Shown here: one piece after another, positions 1 to 11,952 of the stretch | Layout: each line of letters starts with the position of its first letter | Position numbering within the stretch: position 1 is the first letter of the stretch | DNA from: Phallusia mammillata | Taxonomy: Eukaryota | Direction of reading: 5' to 3' | DNA length: 64,000 nucleotides | Assembly (NCBI GenBank): GCA_965637545.1 | Contig: OZ281499.1 | Location: forward strand, 2,170,001-2,234,000 | The notes under the pieces: model-generated | The model's input: only the letters and a program-made list of their open reading frames with translations | Told to the model about the DNA's origin: nothing | Database searches by the model: none | Translations under genes and position numbers: made by a program

Positions 1-484
1 AAGCCCGTTTTATCGAAGAAACCAAAGCCCTAACCCGGCCCGACTTCCAACTCTGCGCCAAATGTCCATTTTCAAGAGGGACATGGAAAATTTTGCTATT
101 TTTTGTTCAACAGTTCTTTTTGCACTATTGACTTCTTTTTGCACTTGGTTGCTTTTTTTGTTAGAGATCAAAAGCTTTCTGTGTGCGTGAAATAAATATG
201 AATATTTGATCGAACATCAAGATATTTAAATTAAAACATCAAGATATATAAAATAAAAAGTTAAATTAAAACTTGTTAAATTTTATCATTATGAAATAAA
301 CGTCGGGTATAAACAGGCATTGAGATAACGCAAAGCGTAATCCTGCTGGGACGGTCACGAATAGCACGACCCACAGAATAACAGATATTGCGCTATTTGG
401 CGGTCATTTCTCTAATACACAAGCGGTCCGCATGGGGGCGTAGCTGCGCAAATCCCATATGGTCGTGTCTTAAAAACTTAGGAT

Positions 485-598
485 GGGCAGGAACTTGGCC
501 AAGTGGTCCAGCACGCCTGACCCATATACAGACATAAAAAACTGATCGGGATTCGTCCCCGGGAGTGTCCTGGGTTCGAACCCCGTGAAAAATAAAAA
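485..598 (+). mobile_element. tRNA-Leu-derived short SINE
   Basis: A box TGGCCAAGTGG, B box GGTTCGAACCC, A-rich tail, imperfect TSD AAAAA(C/G)TTAG; homologous to 59851 and 61484 copies. Confidence 0.8.
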
Positions 599-602
599 GT
601 TA

Positions 603-755
603 GGCAGAAACTTGGCCGAATGGTCCTGCGCGCCTGACCCATGTACAGAAATAAAAAACGCTAAACGAAATCCGTCCGCGGTCAGACATTATGCTGACTT
701 AAAAAACTGATCGGGTTTCGTACAAAGGAGGTCATCGGTTTCAACTCAACCTACC
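603..755 (+). mobile_element. Two further tandem, degraded fragments of the same SINE
   Basis: GGCAGAAACTTGGCCGAATGGTCC... at 603 and AAAAAACTGATCGGG.TTCG at about 700-720. Confidence 0.6.
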
Positions 756-1623
756 TATGCAGGTATCGCCAGTCTCTAAAAACTGCAAACAATTAAGGTA
801 AAATAAAGGAGAACCTGGAAGAATTTGTGACTTTTAATTGATCACACTTTTAACGTTGTCCGCAAAGGCGAAAAAGCGTCAACGTACGAAACGAAGAATA
901 AGAGACATCCCTGGTAAGACAGAATAGTATAGGATTGTAAGGCGCAGAATCCGAAATGAAACCTGAAATTTTGTTAAATTAAGATCAAATTAGGCCTGAA
1001 ATATACTAAGGTAAAATTTCGACACAAATGTGACTTAGTGCAAAGTCAGGTCCGATTTTAAAGCCCTAGGATTTAACTTTAGGGCAGTTGCATGTCCTGA
1101 AGTTGCCTTGATAAGCAGTGAAACAGTTTCAAAACCAAGAAAACCAAGCGGAACCACTTTGGCGCTAGTTACAACTAAAATATAAAACAACATCGCCAAT
1201 CACCTATTTTTTGTCAATCAAAATTATGACCCTATTAAGTTCAATTTAATTTAATCTGTATCAAACACGGACAATAGATTCAGTGTTAAAACGCACCATT
1301 CGAATCACTACTGAAAGATTTTTCTACCCGCAGCAACACGCAAAGCGCTGATTGGGTTAATTGGCTTCAAGCAATTCAGATGTTAACTGTGGTGGCTTCA
1401 CTCTGTCGTCAGACTGAGTCTTGTTTTCAATGATATTATGTTCAGTTTTGGTTGAAGACCTAAATTTAAACAATATAAGCAAGAAGATAAGTAAGAAATT
1501 GGAGAATACATCTGATTGAAATTTAAATGGATCCTATCAAGGTATTATATGATTGATGGTCTTTTAATTCCAGTTTCATTTGTTATTTGCAAAGATATTG
1601 CAGGTAAAATCTAATGCGTAGAG

Positions 1624-1877
1624 CAGTGGTTCTCAATTGATGGTCCATGGACCACAAGTGGCCCATCACGACTTTTTTGGTGGTCCACAGTACGTCCACT
1701 GAAATTGGTTATATACTGGAGAACATTGTATATTAATTCTAAAAGAAGGTCAAAGAGTTTCAAGCCAAAATGCTTGTTGCGTATGCTTACATCAATCTCA
1801 ACAAAAAATGAAATGGTCCATGATACTATTTTTTCTGGGCCGGTGGCCCATGGTCTGAAACGAGTTGAGAACCACTG
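1624..1877. mobile_element. hAT (Charlie-type) MITE
   Basis: TIR CAGTGGTTCTCAA...TTGAGAACCACTG; same family as 35883. Confidence 0.85.
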
Positions 1878-2015
1878 GTGTGGTGTAAACGATTTCATCA
1901 TAGTCCTGTAAAAGATTTTTATCAAATCACTGTTGTTAATATTGTCTCTTGCAGTGCAATATGCTTTGAGAAACGTGTTTGAAAGATAAAACAAGTATGT
2001 TACATTCCCAGTACA

Positions 2016-2802
2016 CAGGGTTGGGTAACGAGTCCCATCAGTCGAGTCTCAAGTCAAGTCAAGTCAGTAGGGGTTCGAGTCTCAAGTCGAGTCAAGTCAA
2101 ATGAGGTTCGAGTCTCAAGTCGAGTCAAGTCACTAGCGGTTCGAGTCAAGGCAAGTCCCAAAATGTTTTTGCAAGGAAAGGTTAAAGGTTTAGAATTAGA
2201 TAGTTAGTCTATTTGAATGGTTCATCTCGACTTTTTTACCTTAAGAACCGACACCGCTTCATCACAGTGAACATATCCCATCAACGTCCCTTTCTTAAAG
2301 TAGGGTCAACTTTAACGCAACACGTTAATTGACACTCATTAAACAGCGTGGAAAAGAACGTCAATCTGTTCAAAGGAGTTTTTCAAAACCAAAAATTCAT
2401 GTTTTACGGCATGCGCTAGAGCGTTTGTTCAGTAATATAAGCGCGTATAAAAGCGAATACTTGGCCTTGGCATGAACTGCATTCGATTACCTTAACCCAA
2501 GCAATAAGTACAACGCTTAACGCCAGCGTTAAAAAGTTTGTGCATGTAGCAGCGACTTCGAGCACAGTAAATTGCTGCTGTTGTTTGGTTGAAGCAAGCC
2601 AACTGAACAGGTTATTTATTGTAAGAAATTTCCGTTTTGTTGGTGAAATAACGAGTCCGAGTCCGAGTCGAGTCTCTACTAAGACGAGTCCAAGTCAAGT
2701 CGAGTCTTTTCACAACTGAGACTCGAGTCAAGTCAAGTCTTTTAAAAAGGTGACTCGAGTCGGACTCGAGTCGAGTCACTGACTCGAGTCTCCCCATCAC
2801 TG
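2016..2802. mobile_element. Non-autonomous hAT element with GAGTC/GACTC subterminal repeats
   Basis: TIR CAGGGTTGGG / CAGTGATGGG; exact 8-bp TSD CCAGTACA (2008-2015, 2803-2810); inverted arrays of (C/A)GAGTC pentamers at both ends. Confidence 0.9.
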
Positions 2803-3350
2803 CCAGTACATATGTACGTTTATTCTCTACCAGCTATCTTGCTCAACTGCGTTACTTAGTGGTTATACTTATCTTAATTTAAATTGCTAGTTGGCGCTAG
2901 TGGTTAGCAGGCAAAAACTGTATTTGGCTCGGTCAAGGTATCAAAAGTTGTTATATATACTTTTTGTGTTCAAAGCTGAAGTTAATGGCACAAAATTGTA
3001 GTTGAATTCAGAAAAACAACAACTTTTTAACTGAACAATAGAAATCAAAAAAATTAATTCACTTTTTTGTTTTAACACAAAGGTCACTCGAGTTCACAAG
3101 TGGTACCACGTGAATAAAACGTCCAATCAGGGCTTTGGCGAACAAATTGTTACTTTTTACCACTTTAATTCAAGTTTGTTTTTGGTGCAGACTCGCATAC
3201 TGAATAAGATTTTCGTTTAATTACAACTTGAAATAATTTAATTGTTATGTACAGCATGAATGGATGAATGAACGTTATTATAGTAGATTAACTTTAAACC
3301 CATTGTTAGAACACAAACCAATTGTGTTTTTTAATGAATAAATTTTTCAG

Positions 3351-3760
3351 TGATCTGCTTCGTATGGACCAGTTACCAGTACAGAATGTTTAACTTTGAA
3401 GATGAGATTATTGGAGTAACTGTTGTTTAAGGTACGTTTTATTGCGAAACTATGTTAAAAAGGGCGCAATAATATATTCATAGTAATGCAATAACTATAT
3501 TTCTTTTGTTGCAAATACGATTTTAGTGATCTACAGTGTACACTAATAAGCATAATAAGTACTGGCCTTTACTTGAGGTTTTATGTGATCTTACAGGCTT
3601 GGTCATGTGTTCTGGTGCTTATAATGTGTTTTTATACAACTTTTTTTCATTTTAGAGCGTTTAATATTGCCAACAATGAAACTGGAAAAATGTGGCAAGC
3701 AACCAAGAAAAAAAGTTATGAAATGCAAATGGACGACCTTGCTGCTTTTCTGCAATTAAG
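3351..3760 (+). CDS. Putative exons (3351-3415, 3597-3760) of an unidentified membrane protein
   Basis: Acceptors tttttcAG and cttacAG, donors GTAACT and GTAAAT. Joined reading ICFVWTSYQYRMFNFEDEIIG-AWSCVLVLIMCFYTTFFHFRAFNIANNETGKMWQ...LQLR. Rest of gene not located. Confidence 0.35.
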
Positions 3761-4139
3761 GTAAATTGGTACAGTAACTAAAAGTTTCATGTGTACTTTA
3801 TCTAGGTTTTCTCGGTCAAACTTTTGAAAGAGTGTTTTCCGATCGTTTTTTCCAAACGAATTTTTGCCTACTAACTGCTTGTGTGGACATAATTAACGTG
3901 TTTTACTTAAAACTCCTGGTCGCTTGTCACTTGCTATGTTGACTGCAGCTAATTTATAAAAGGTGCAAAATTGAGAGCAACAGCAACATTTGTAAACCAT
4001 ATGTTTACCTTTGAATTGTTTCGTCACTATAACAAAGATAAAGACAATGCCCCAGCAATCAAACTAGTTTAATGTGCACAACTATAGTAGTTCAGGTACA
4101 TAAAGATGCTGGGACTTTATGTGTGTAATATGGCTTAGC

Positions 4140-4499
4140 TTTTGGGCGGCCCGCGACCGCATTTTAAGTGCGTTATGTATCCAGTCCGTGACCGCATTAA
4201 AATTTTTTATTATTCTTCATCGGCCGGATGCAATTTATGCGTTATATCCCTTTTACATACCCAAGAGTTTTTAACGCTAATAGTTTTTAATAGGGATAGG
4301 CATTGTTACGTACAAAGACAAAATTATTTTGTTAAGCAAACCTATCCTACGGTAAAGTTTAAGCCTGCAAGTGCGGTAGTTTCCTTGGCAATTGTACATA
4401 TTCACACTGAACAAATACTTGAAGTTCAGTTTGCCTACAATCTTATGTTATTGCATAAGCATTTTTGCGGCCCGCGTCCGCAAAAGGTTGCCCAGGTTT
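4140..4499. mobile_element. Degraded GGCCCG-family MITE
   Basis: GCGGCCCGCG motifs at both ends; right end AAGGTTGCCCAGGTTTG. Confidence 0.55.
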
Positions 4500-5809
4500 G
4501 GTTTATTCGATTTCATTTATTCGATTTCACATATTCGAAGTATTCGATTCAGAAAAGAAACAGTCTTCTGCTAGAAAAAACAGTCGTCTTCAAAAAAGAA
4601 ACAGTCGTCTGCTCGAAAATAATTGTTTCTAAAAATGGTTAATACAACGTGTACCTTAAAAACGGATTTTACAGGGTTTTTTTTCCCAAAAAAAACAGGT
4701 GATACAATGTGTTACCTCCAAGTCCGAAGTGGTACGCGACCACAAAACGGTTGAGAACCACTGATCTAAGGTCTTGTGTTAAACAATGGGTTACACAACA
4801 CTTTTTATCCGGTAACAGGCATTCCAAGTGGCTTAAGCCAATACCCGTGAACATAAAGCGTTGCTAGCACGTTAAAAACACCTGTGGTGTGTGGTTTTGG
4901 CTATTCAATTTCTCCCTAAATTCACTTCACAACGCTAGTTACTGTATCCAATTACCTAATAGTTCGATTTTGCTTACGATGACTTTTGACTCTTGGCATC
5001 GCAACTGTTGCTAATACAGTTTTGTCCAGTCTCACATTACGGCCAGATGCATTTCAATTAGCCGATAACTGCTGCCAAGCGCATTTATCTCGGCTGGAAA
5101 AGCTGTCGCTAGCGGTGATAGGGAGCTTATCAGTGTCGATAAGGGGTGTCCATTGCTTCTGAGATGGATTGACCTTTGCTTAAACCCACAGTTTGACGCT
5201 TGGTTTTATGCAGAAGGTGTCTGGTTTTTTGGTACAAAGGTGTCCATTGAACATTATGTATTTTCGTTTCATAAGAAATATTTTGAAGAACTCTTTGTTG
5301 ATCTTTTGAGGTTGGGTGAAAATTTCAGTTCTTCCAACCAATTCTTGACTATACTTAAATATTTGTCGCAGAATTTAGCAAGATAATATTTTCGGAAGAT
5401 CTAAACTCATATATTTTTGCACTAAGTAAAAGTCATTAACACGTTTTAGGGATTTTTTACTTCGCTTTATACTTTGGGCATTGTCATTGTTTAATTTGGA
5501 AGAGGCAAACACAGTTATTAACTAAAATGTCGAAACTTACTGCAACCAATTGCTTTATGAACGCGTTGGTAAACTTGTTTAATTGCAGTTTACTCGCGAA
5601 AAGCACGAAAGATTTGTCGCCGAAACCAAATACTGGATTTTGAACCAGTTTTTCTGTTTTAATATTTTTTAATTCGGTTTCCAACCTTTACATTAATCAT
5701 ACTGCGCCTTCACGACACTTTGTCAAAGCAAACAATAATTTGCCATGGAACACTATACACGGATCTGTTAATAAGTTTTGACTCCAGTGGTTATAAACGG
5801 GTGTAAATG

Positions 5810-5975
5810 ATGTGGTCCCTCATATCAATGATGATGACATAGGCATTTGCCAAAACATTTTAACAATAAAGCATGTCGCTTTTTGAGTCTGTTTAGGCCG
5901 AAACGTTTGAACAATAAAGCATGTCAGTTTTTGCCTCTGTTTAGGCCGTTATATTCGTCATTAAAATAGTTTGCT
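5810..5975 (+). mobile_element. Copy of second pLTR family with internal 49-bp duplication
   Basis: AACAATAAAGCATGTC at 5863 and 5912; GCCGAAACGTTTG; GGCCGTTATATTC shared with 53790. Confidence 0.5.
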
Positions 5976-6740
5976 ATTTTTTGTACTTGCGCACTGTTCT
6001 GTCGCTTGTGGAAAGTGTCTGCATATTTTGCCTTGTTCCAAAATCAATTCATCTCGTTTTCGCGGCTTTTAATCTCACACCATTAAACTCCTCGATGTCT
6101 TTAAACGCAGCCGGTGTTATTATTTGATATTCCCGCCGAAGTAGTGATAGCCAATCAAATGTTACCTGACACGAATAAGTAGTGAGGTCATAAACGCAAT
6201 CGCGAAGTCTTTGTCGAGCCGAAAACATGACTCAAACGATCACAGCAGATTTTCTGGACCTCCGAGGCTATCTTGTTACCACTGCCTGACCGTCTTCGCT
6301 GGTCACAATCGTTTCATTGTTATTTTTGGCGCTTTGCAGACACTGGTAAATTAATGGAAGAAAAATTGATAAAAATTGTTCTGATATCATACTATCTGTT
6401 TTATTGTTGTCAATCCTTCTGGTGTAATGTGTTAGCTCGAATTGGACATTTCAACAAATTCAATTCTAGCTGGGAAAATTGTGTTTTGATAAGGTTTTGT
6501 TTTCGACTTTTATACCAATGCAAATTAACTTAAAACTAGTTTTATTCTGGCTGTGATTTCTGTCGGATATAAATCTTTTACAAATAATTCTGATTAGAAA
6601 GTAGGAAAGAAGTATGAGGGAGAGGTAAACATTACAATTTTGCTTTCTGAAACGAGGTTTCTCTAAAATTGATGTAAATTGAGTATCAATTTGCCCTCCT
6701 AGCATTTTGCCCCCCCACACATCAGAATTTTGCAAATAAA

Positions 6741-7076
6741 CAGGGTTCCCTCGGGTATGAAAAACCTGGAAAGGTTATGGAATTAAAATTTGTATTTTAA
6801 GGCCTGGAAAAGTTTTGAAAAACGCCAACTTGAAAAAGTATGGAATTTGGCGCCTGTTTTACCCTGAAAATGCCAATTAGAATTTCAAATTGCCTAACGT
6901 TTGTATATTCGTTGCAAGTATGGTAAATTGGCTGCATCTACCAAAGCCTTTTTACTAGTTTGCGATGGGAATTGCTCGATTTTTTTCGAATAAGGTTATG
7001 GAAATTTGGTTTTTTTTTCTTGAAAAGTTTTGGAAAAGTCATGGAATTTATAAACGAAAATTGCGCGGGAACCCTG
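6741..7076. mobile_element. MITE with CAGGGTTCCC TIR and 6-bp TSD
   Basis: TIR CAGGGTTCCC...GGGAACCCTG; AATAAA on both sides; internal TATGGAATT/TGGAAAA repeats. Confidence 0.85.
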
Positions 7077-7364
7077 AATAAATCTAATTATATTTTGCAT
7101 TGCAGCACCAGCCGATGTAAGTTAATTTCAGTTAATTAAAATCTTGTGCATGCCACAATGATAAAATGGGTATTGATTTAGTCAAGTCATTGATAATTAC
7201 CCGATTTAAAGAGGCTGTCGCAAAAAATAAAATTGTTTGTGATGGAGACTGTTTTTGCGCTAATGACCGATCAAAACTTGTGAACGTTATATTACAAACA
7301 TGCAAATAAGTTGGGTGTTTGGTCAATGGAAAGTGTGGTACACGAATTTTTTGCAAATAAAAGG

Positions 7365-7510
7365 TCCGAAATTAGGTCCGAAATTTAGATTTACTAAAGT
7401 AAATTCACGGTAGTAGTGTGACCCAAAGTGTAAAGCCGGGTCCGAATCAAACCTGATATTGTATTTAAACTGAACCCCTAACCTTCATATGACCTTCGAC
7501 TCTGCCTCAA
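7365..7510. repeat. Dispersed repeat with CCCTAACC/GGTCCGA motifs; related pieces at 1-60, 985-1080 and 16250-16380
   Basis: Shared AATTAGG(T/C)C(C/T)GAAA...TACTAA.GTAAA...GTGTGAC...GTG(C/T)AAAG...GGTCCGA and CCCTAA(C/T)C...CCGACTTC blocks. Confidence 0.45.
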
Positions 7511-9194
7511 ATAGGTAATACACATGGGTTGTTTTAGTGCAAGTGCTTCCCATTAGTTGTAACCAATAAAACCACGCAACATCATCTTTCTACTGTTTCT
7601 ACGCGGGCCAAGAACTATGAAACCTTCATACCTGAAAACCTCATTGCAATTTCGATATTTATGTTGGGTCATTAAACACAAATTTGGGCCGCAGAGTCCC
7701 GAGCAAAATAAAGCAGAAATGCGTTTGTAAACCTGCCTACATATCCTATCCCGTGCATTGTAGCTTGGCGAGAGATAGCATCAATGTTCCAGGCCATCAA
7801 ATACCTATCTTTTTTCGATTAGAGATTGGCCTTGGGGTTTATGCGGTCAAACATTGAACCACAGCACTGCTGTAAGTTGTAATAGTCTACTGTTCATTTT
7901 CCGTGTTTGCAAATCATCTGAAACAACAACGGTTCGCATCCGTGAAGAGATAATATCCACATCTACTTAAATAATGGTGAATGGCATTTATTTTACATTA
8001 TTACTGCATCTCTTTTTTTACTTCATCCTTTTCGTTTGACATTTATTCTGCGTATAGTACACTGCAAGGAACCTGCTTTAGGAATTGGTGTTTTCGTTGA
8101 AGTAAAGTATACATAAGTACATACTGTTATATATTGTAGCAGCCTATAGAGTACTATCACGCTGATTAAATTGTGCTCAGCCGAAGCAAAACGAAAAAAT
8201 AATGTTTTGTATTTTTAAACTTGAATTATTTGTTGTCAAGCTTCGACTGACAACATCGCATGCAGTTGCATGTTGACGTTTCTTTGCATTATTTGAAGTG
8301 GTTGATGTTTGGTATTTGTGGGACATTTTTGTTGACCGCGTTAGTGCTAATTGATTGCGTGTATTTTTACTCCTAACATGAATTTTGTGTGGTTTTTCGG
8401 GCTTTGTTACAACGTGACATACACCAAAACAATAAACCGTCGCGGCAAAAACACAAGCGATGAAATCATGGCCCCTTCATAGGTTTTGATCCATGTAGTG
8501 TAAATGCTGCGAAAATCTTGGGTTTTATGTGCGACAAATTGAGTAACAACTGGATAGCACAAGAAATGCTCGTCCGCTTAAAGATGTGGCATTTTTCTTA
8601 CCATTACTAATCGTTGCATCAAAATCACATTTTGTGTCCGAGTTTAGCTTACTTGTTTTTACAAACAGCTAAATCCTTATCGATTTTCCCGATCAAACAA
8701 TTGGAGTGCCAAAACAATAAAACGACCGAAATAGCGCTTAAATTGCAAGCAGGCAGATACTAACTATTGCGTTTATTCTATTTTGGTCGTCAAATCACGG
8801 TAGGTGGTGGTAATTTGAAAAGTGGATTATTGACAACACGGATCGAAGGCTATGTCCAAATTGGTTGTTTGTCTTTGTCAGTGGGGTCAAATCCCCAGGT
8901 GGTATTGCCTCCTTTACCCCTGAGCAGAACAACGTTAGTTCTATCGAATAAACGTCACAAACCTCTTTAGGGCTTGTCTCTTAACGTCACAACGACGCAA
9001 ACGTATCCCCACCTGCTAAAATGCAAAATGACAAAAGAAATAAAACGACATATTTTCGCAGGTGTTGTTGTTTTAACCGTCTGTCACAAATCACTGGTTG
9101 TTTTTCACGATTTTAGTTCGTTGCAATATTTTGTTTTTCACCACTTGAATATAATTTTATGTTTTAAATGCTGTAACTATAAATATCCACTTTA

Positions 9195-9320
9195 CAAGGT
9201 TATTGGTTCCAATCTTGTCTTACCCAATTGTGGTTTCCAAATTTATTAACTTGAGCGGCATTGCTTCTACCCAATGTTACCCGATGGGTTGAAATAAAAT
9301 GAAGTTAGCTACTGGCTAAG
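9195..9320 (+). mobile_element. Degraded copy of the Cics-like SINE
   Basis: CATTGCTTCTACCCAATGTTACCCGATGGGTTGAAATAAAATGAAGT aligns with 38807-38855. Confidence 0.55.
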
Positions 9321-9321
9321 T

Positions 9322-9514
9322 CAAGGGTGATCAACCTAAGGTCTGCGGGCCGGAGCTTGCCGTGGAACTGTGTCACAAAATGTGTTGAAGTTTATTGTGC
9401 GAGTGGGCATGATTATTAGTATGCATAAATAACCTGCTTAACGTTAAAATTTGAGGAAGTAAGTACTTTTCACTGCTTTTTTGCCCGCGCATACAAAAAG
9501 GTTGCCTACCGGGG
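9322..9514. mobile_element. Degraded GGCCCG-family MITE
   Basis: CAAGGGTGATCAACC...GCGGGCCGG...AAGGTTGCCTACCGGGG. Confidence 0.5.
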
Positions 9515-10882
9515 ATGACAATGAAACAAACGAACTAATGTGAAAGCCAGCAGTTGAAACCAGGACTATAGTTGCAACTAAACCGTATAGCATTAGTGCT
9601 GAACCTTAAAGTGATGCTTTAACCGTGAAGCGTACAATGCTAGGGCAAATGCCTCCGCCAAAATGTAAGAGATCATCCACAGACATTTTACTTGTACTTG
9701 CTTCCTTATTGAGCCCATTCAGTATTCGGGCCAATCCAACCAGGGGTCGGTACCATCAACGGATCACATCAACCATCTTAATTGCTCCCTACGACCAAAT
9801 GATCAGACACAAGCAGGAGCCACTAGATCTTTTCACACGCTCTCTATGGTCGTGGCATTCGTTCGCTTCCTAATTGAAAAGTGAAGCGCTTTCTTTGATG
9901 AGGTATCTTCGCTTCTTGATGGGAACTAAAATGAAATGAATCTTTTTTTGGAAATTCGTTCACTCGATATTTAACTTACACGAAACCCAATTGCAGTGTT
10001 TAAAATCTTTCCAAATCCATGTTTAAACTCTTTTGTCCGAAGTGTTTCTCTTTAAGTAGGGATAAAATGTGTAATAATTTGCAGCACTCTCTTGAACTGT
10101 GGTTTGTCGCGGAATAATATGCTTATTGTGACCTCAAGCCTGAATCGAGATTTTTCTAGCCTGTGCCTTGCCTTATGGAAATGCTTGGGAGACCAGCTGA
10201 TTCGGTACACGCCTTTAATAGCCCTGGCGTACTATATCAACCCTAAATCGGCGCAAGACTTACAGAAGTGTTTCAACAGTTACTTATTCCGTAAAAATCT
10301 TACAGCATTGAAACACCCTAAATTTTGCAGTGTTTAAAATTCGCCTCACTCTGTGCTGTCAGTCAATAAAATTATTCTACTGGGGACATTCAAAACCATT
10401 TTTTCCGATCACCTATTTTTATAAAATTGGTCAGAACCTCCCAAACAAGGTTGGAAAAAGTGGGATTTTGAAACAAGTAGAATTTACTCACTTAGAGATT
10501 CGTATCGTCAGGTCTCGTGTCGCTTATGAATTTTTAATAATTTTTGCATATAACATGGTCGGGTTACACATAATCCGCCGAATCAGACAATGCTATACGT
10601 GTTCTGTTTAGGCTGGAAGTCAAGTTTGTTGCCATTCAACAAATTTAGGGAATTTGATTATGCTTATAACACTAAGAAATAAATATATTCAGGTTTCGTT
10701 GTTGTAAATGTGACGCTTACTAATTTTAAATATTTATAGCGCGCAGTCTGTATATTGAATCAGAAATAACGCTAACTAAACCGCACATCTTAAGTATGAG
10801 TATATATAGCGGCGACTTGATTTATTTTTCTTTATTTTTTATCCATTGACCGACTTTTTATGACGTCTAATATTAGGTGCAG

Positions 10883-11170
10883 CAGGGTTTTCATACAGGC
10901 CGGTTTTTTCGGGCTTAGGTATTTTTTAACAAACGGTCTTGATAACTTTAAATTCTCTGTCAGTATTTAAAAAAAAAATACCTATAGCTAAGTAGCCGGA
11001 TGGTGGAAATATCCTAATGCCAAACAGCTTTTAAAAAGCGTCTTGTGTTTAAGCCATTGTCTATTATAGTTAATGCCTTCTTTATTATAGACCTGTCAAT
11101 CAAACTTTCGGGGCTAAACCGGCTTCTCAAAAACGATTCGGGTTCGGGCTCCAATTTCGGGCCCACTTTT
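10883..11170. mobile_element. Dispersed repeat with TCGGGC subrepeats; second copy at about 24030-24190
   Basis: Shared CTCTG(TG)TCAGTATT(A)n...TAGCTAAGTAGCC...CCTAATG(C/T)CAAACAGC block. Confidence 0.55.
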
Positions 11171-11854
11171 TTAATATTTTAAGTGGAGCTATCTATTTTA
11201 TAGTTGTGACAAAACTTGATACTGTTTAAACTCGTAACCTGAAGCTCAATGCGAAACCAGCAATATTTTTCATGAAATCATATGGGCGAAAAATTTATTG
11301 ATTGACGTTCACGACGATAGGGGCAAGAGGAAAGTAAACGACTGCTGTAGTACGTAAAAATCAACACAAAACAACGACGACGAAATAAATAAGAAAAACA
11401 AAAATCGACGCATGAAATAGATTTTTATTTTTTTAGGAGATTTGTTTCTATGGCACTTTTTTAAATTGTTCAATTAACCGGTAAACAGTAAATGCTGTGG
11501 GTAAAATGGAACCATAAATGAGGTACAATGGCGAAAAAATGCTGCCTGTATGTTCAACGGTTTGGCCAATGCGTTAAAAAACGTGCAGAGCGCAAACCGT
11601 TCCGCAATAATGAAGACAAATAGGAAACTTACTCATCCGTAACCAAAACGCACCAATCAGGGGCCGCGTTGGGGCTCAAGGGGAAAACTCTTTGTGGGCT
11701 TCGACAACACGACAGGCAAAAAGAGAGCAGAAAAAAAAGGTGTAACAACAAAAAATAAACACTCTGAACTGAAGAATGGTAGCGCGAGCGGGCGATGACG
11801 TCCTGTGCGTGTGTGACGTCATGTGCATTTGTGACGTCATTTACGTGTATGACG

Positions 11855-11952
11855 TCACCAGCAGTAACGGCTGCAGGCGCGGCAAGATACGTGGAAGTGG
11901 CGACGCGTCGTGCGCTTCACAATTGTGTGGAGGAGACCGTTCGATAGTTCGT
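11855..11952 (-). CDS. Following coding exon: (D)ELSNGLLHTIVKRTTRRHFHVSCRACSRYCW-stop
   Basis: Very strong acceptor ttttcttcttttcttttcacAG; phase 1 matches the 14618 donor. A perfect GTAAGT donor lies further on at 11632. Confidence 0.5.

Noticed and set aside
4142-4642. 166-aa ORF
   Set aside because: Lies across a degraded MITE and short tandem repeats
11917-11919. In-frame TGA as selenocysteine in the phase-0 reading of the 11952 exon
   Set aside because: The upstream donor is phase 1, not 0, and no SECIS was recognised
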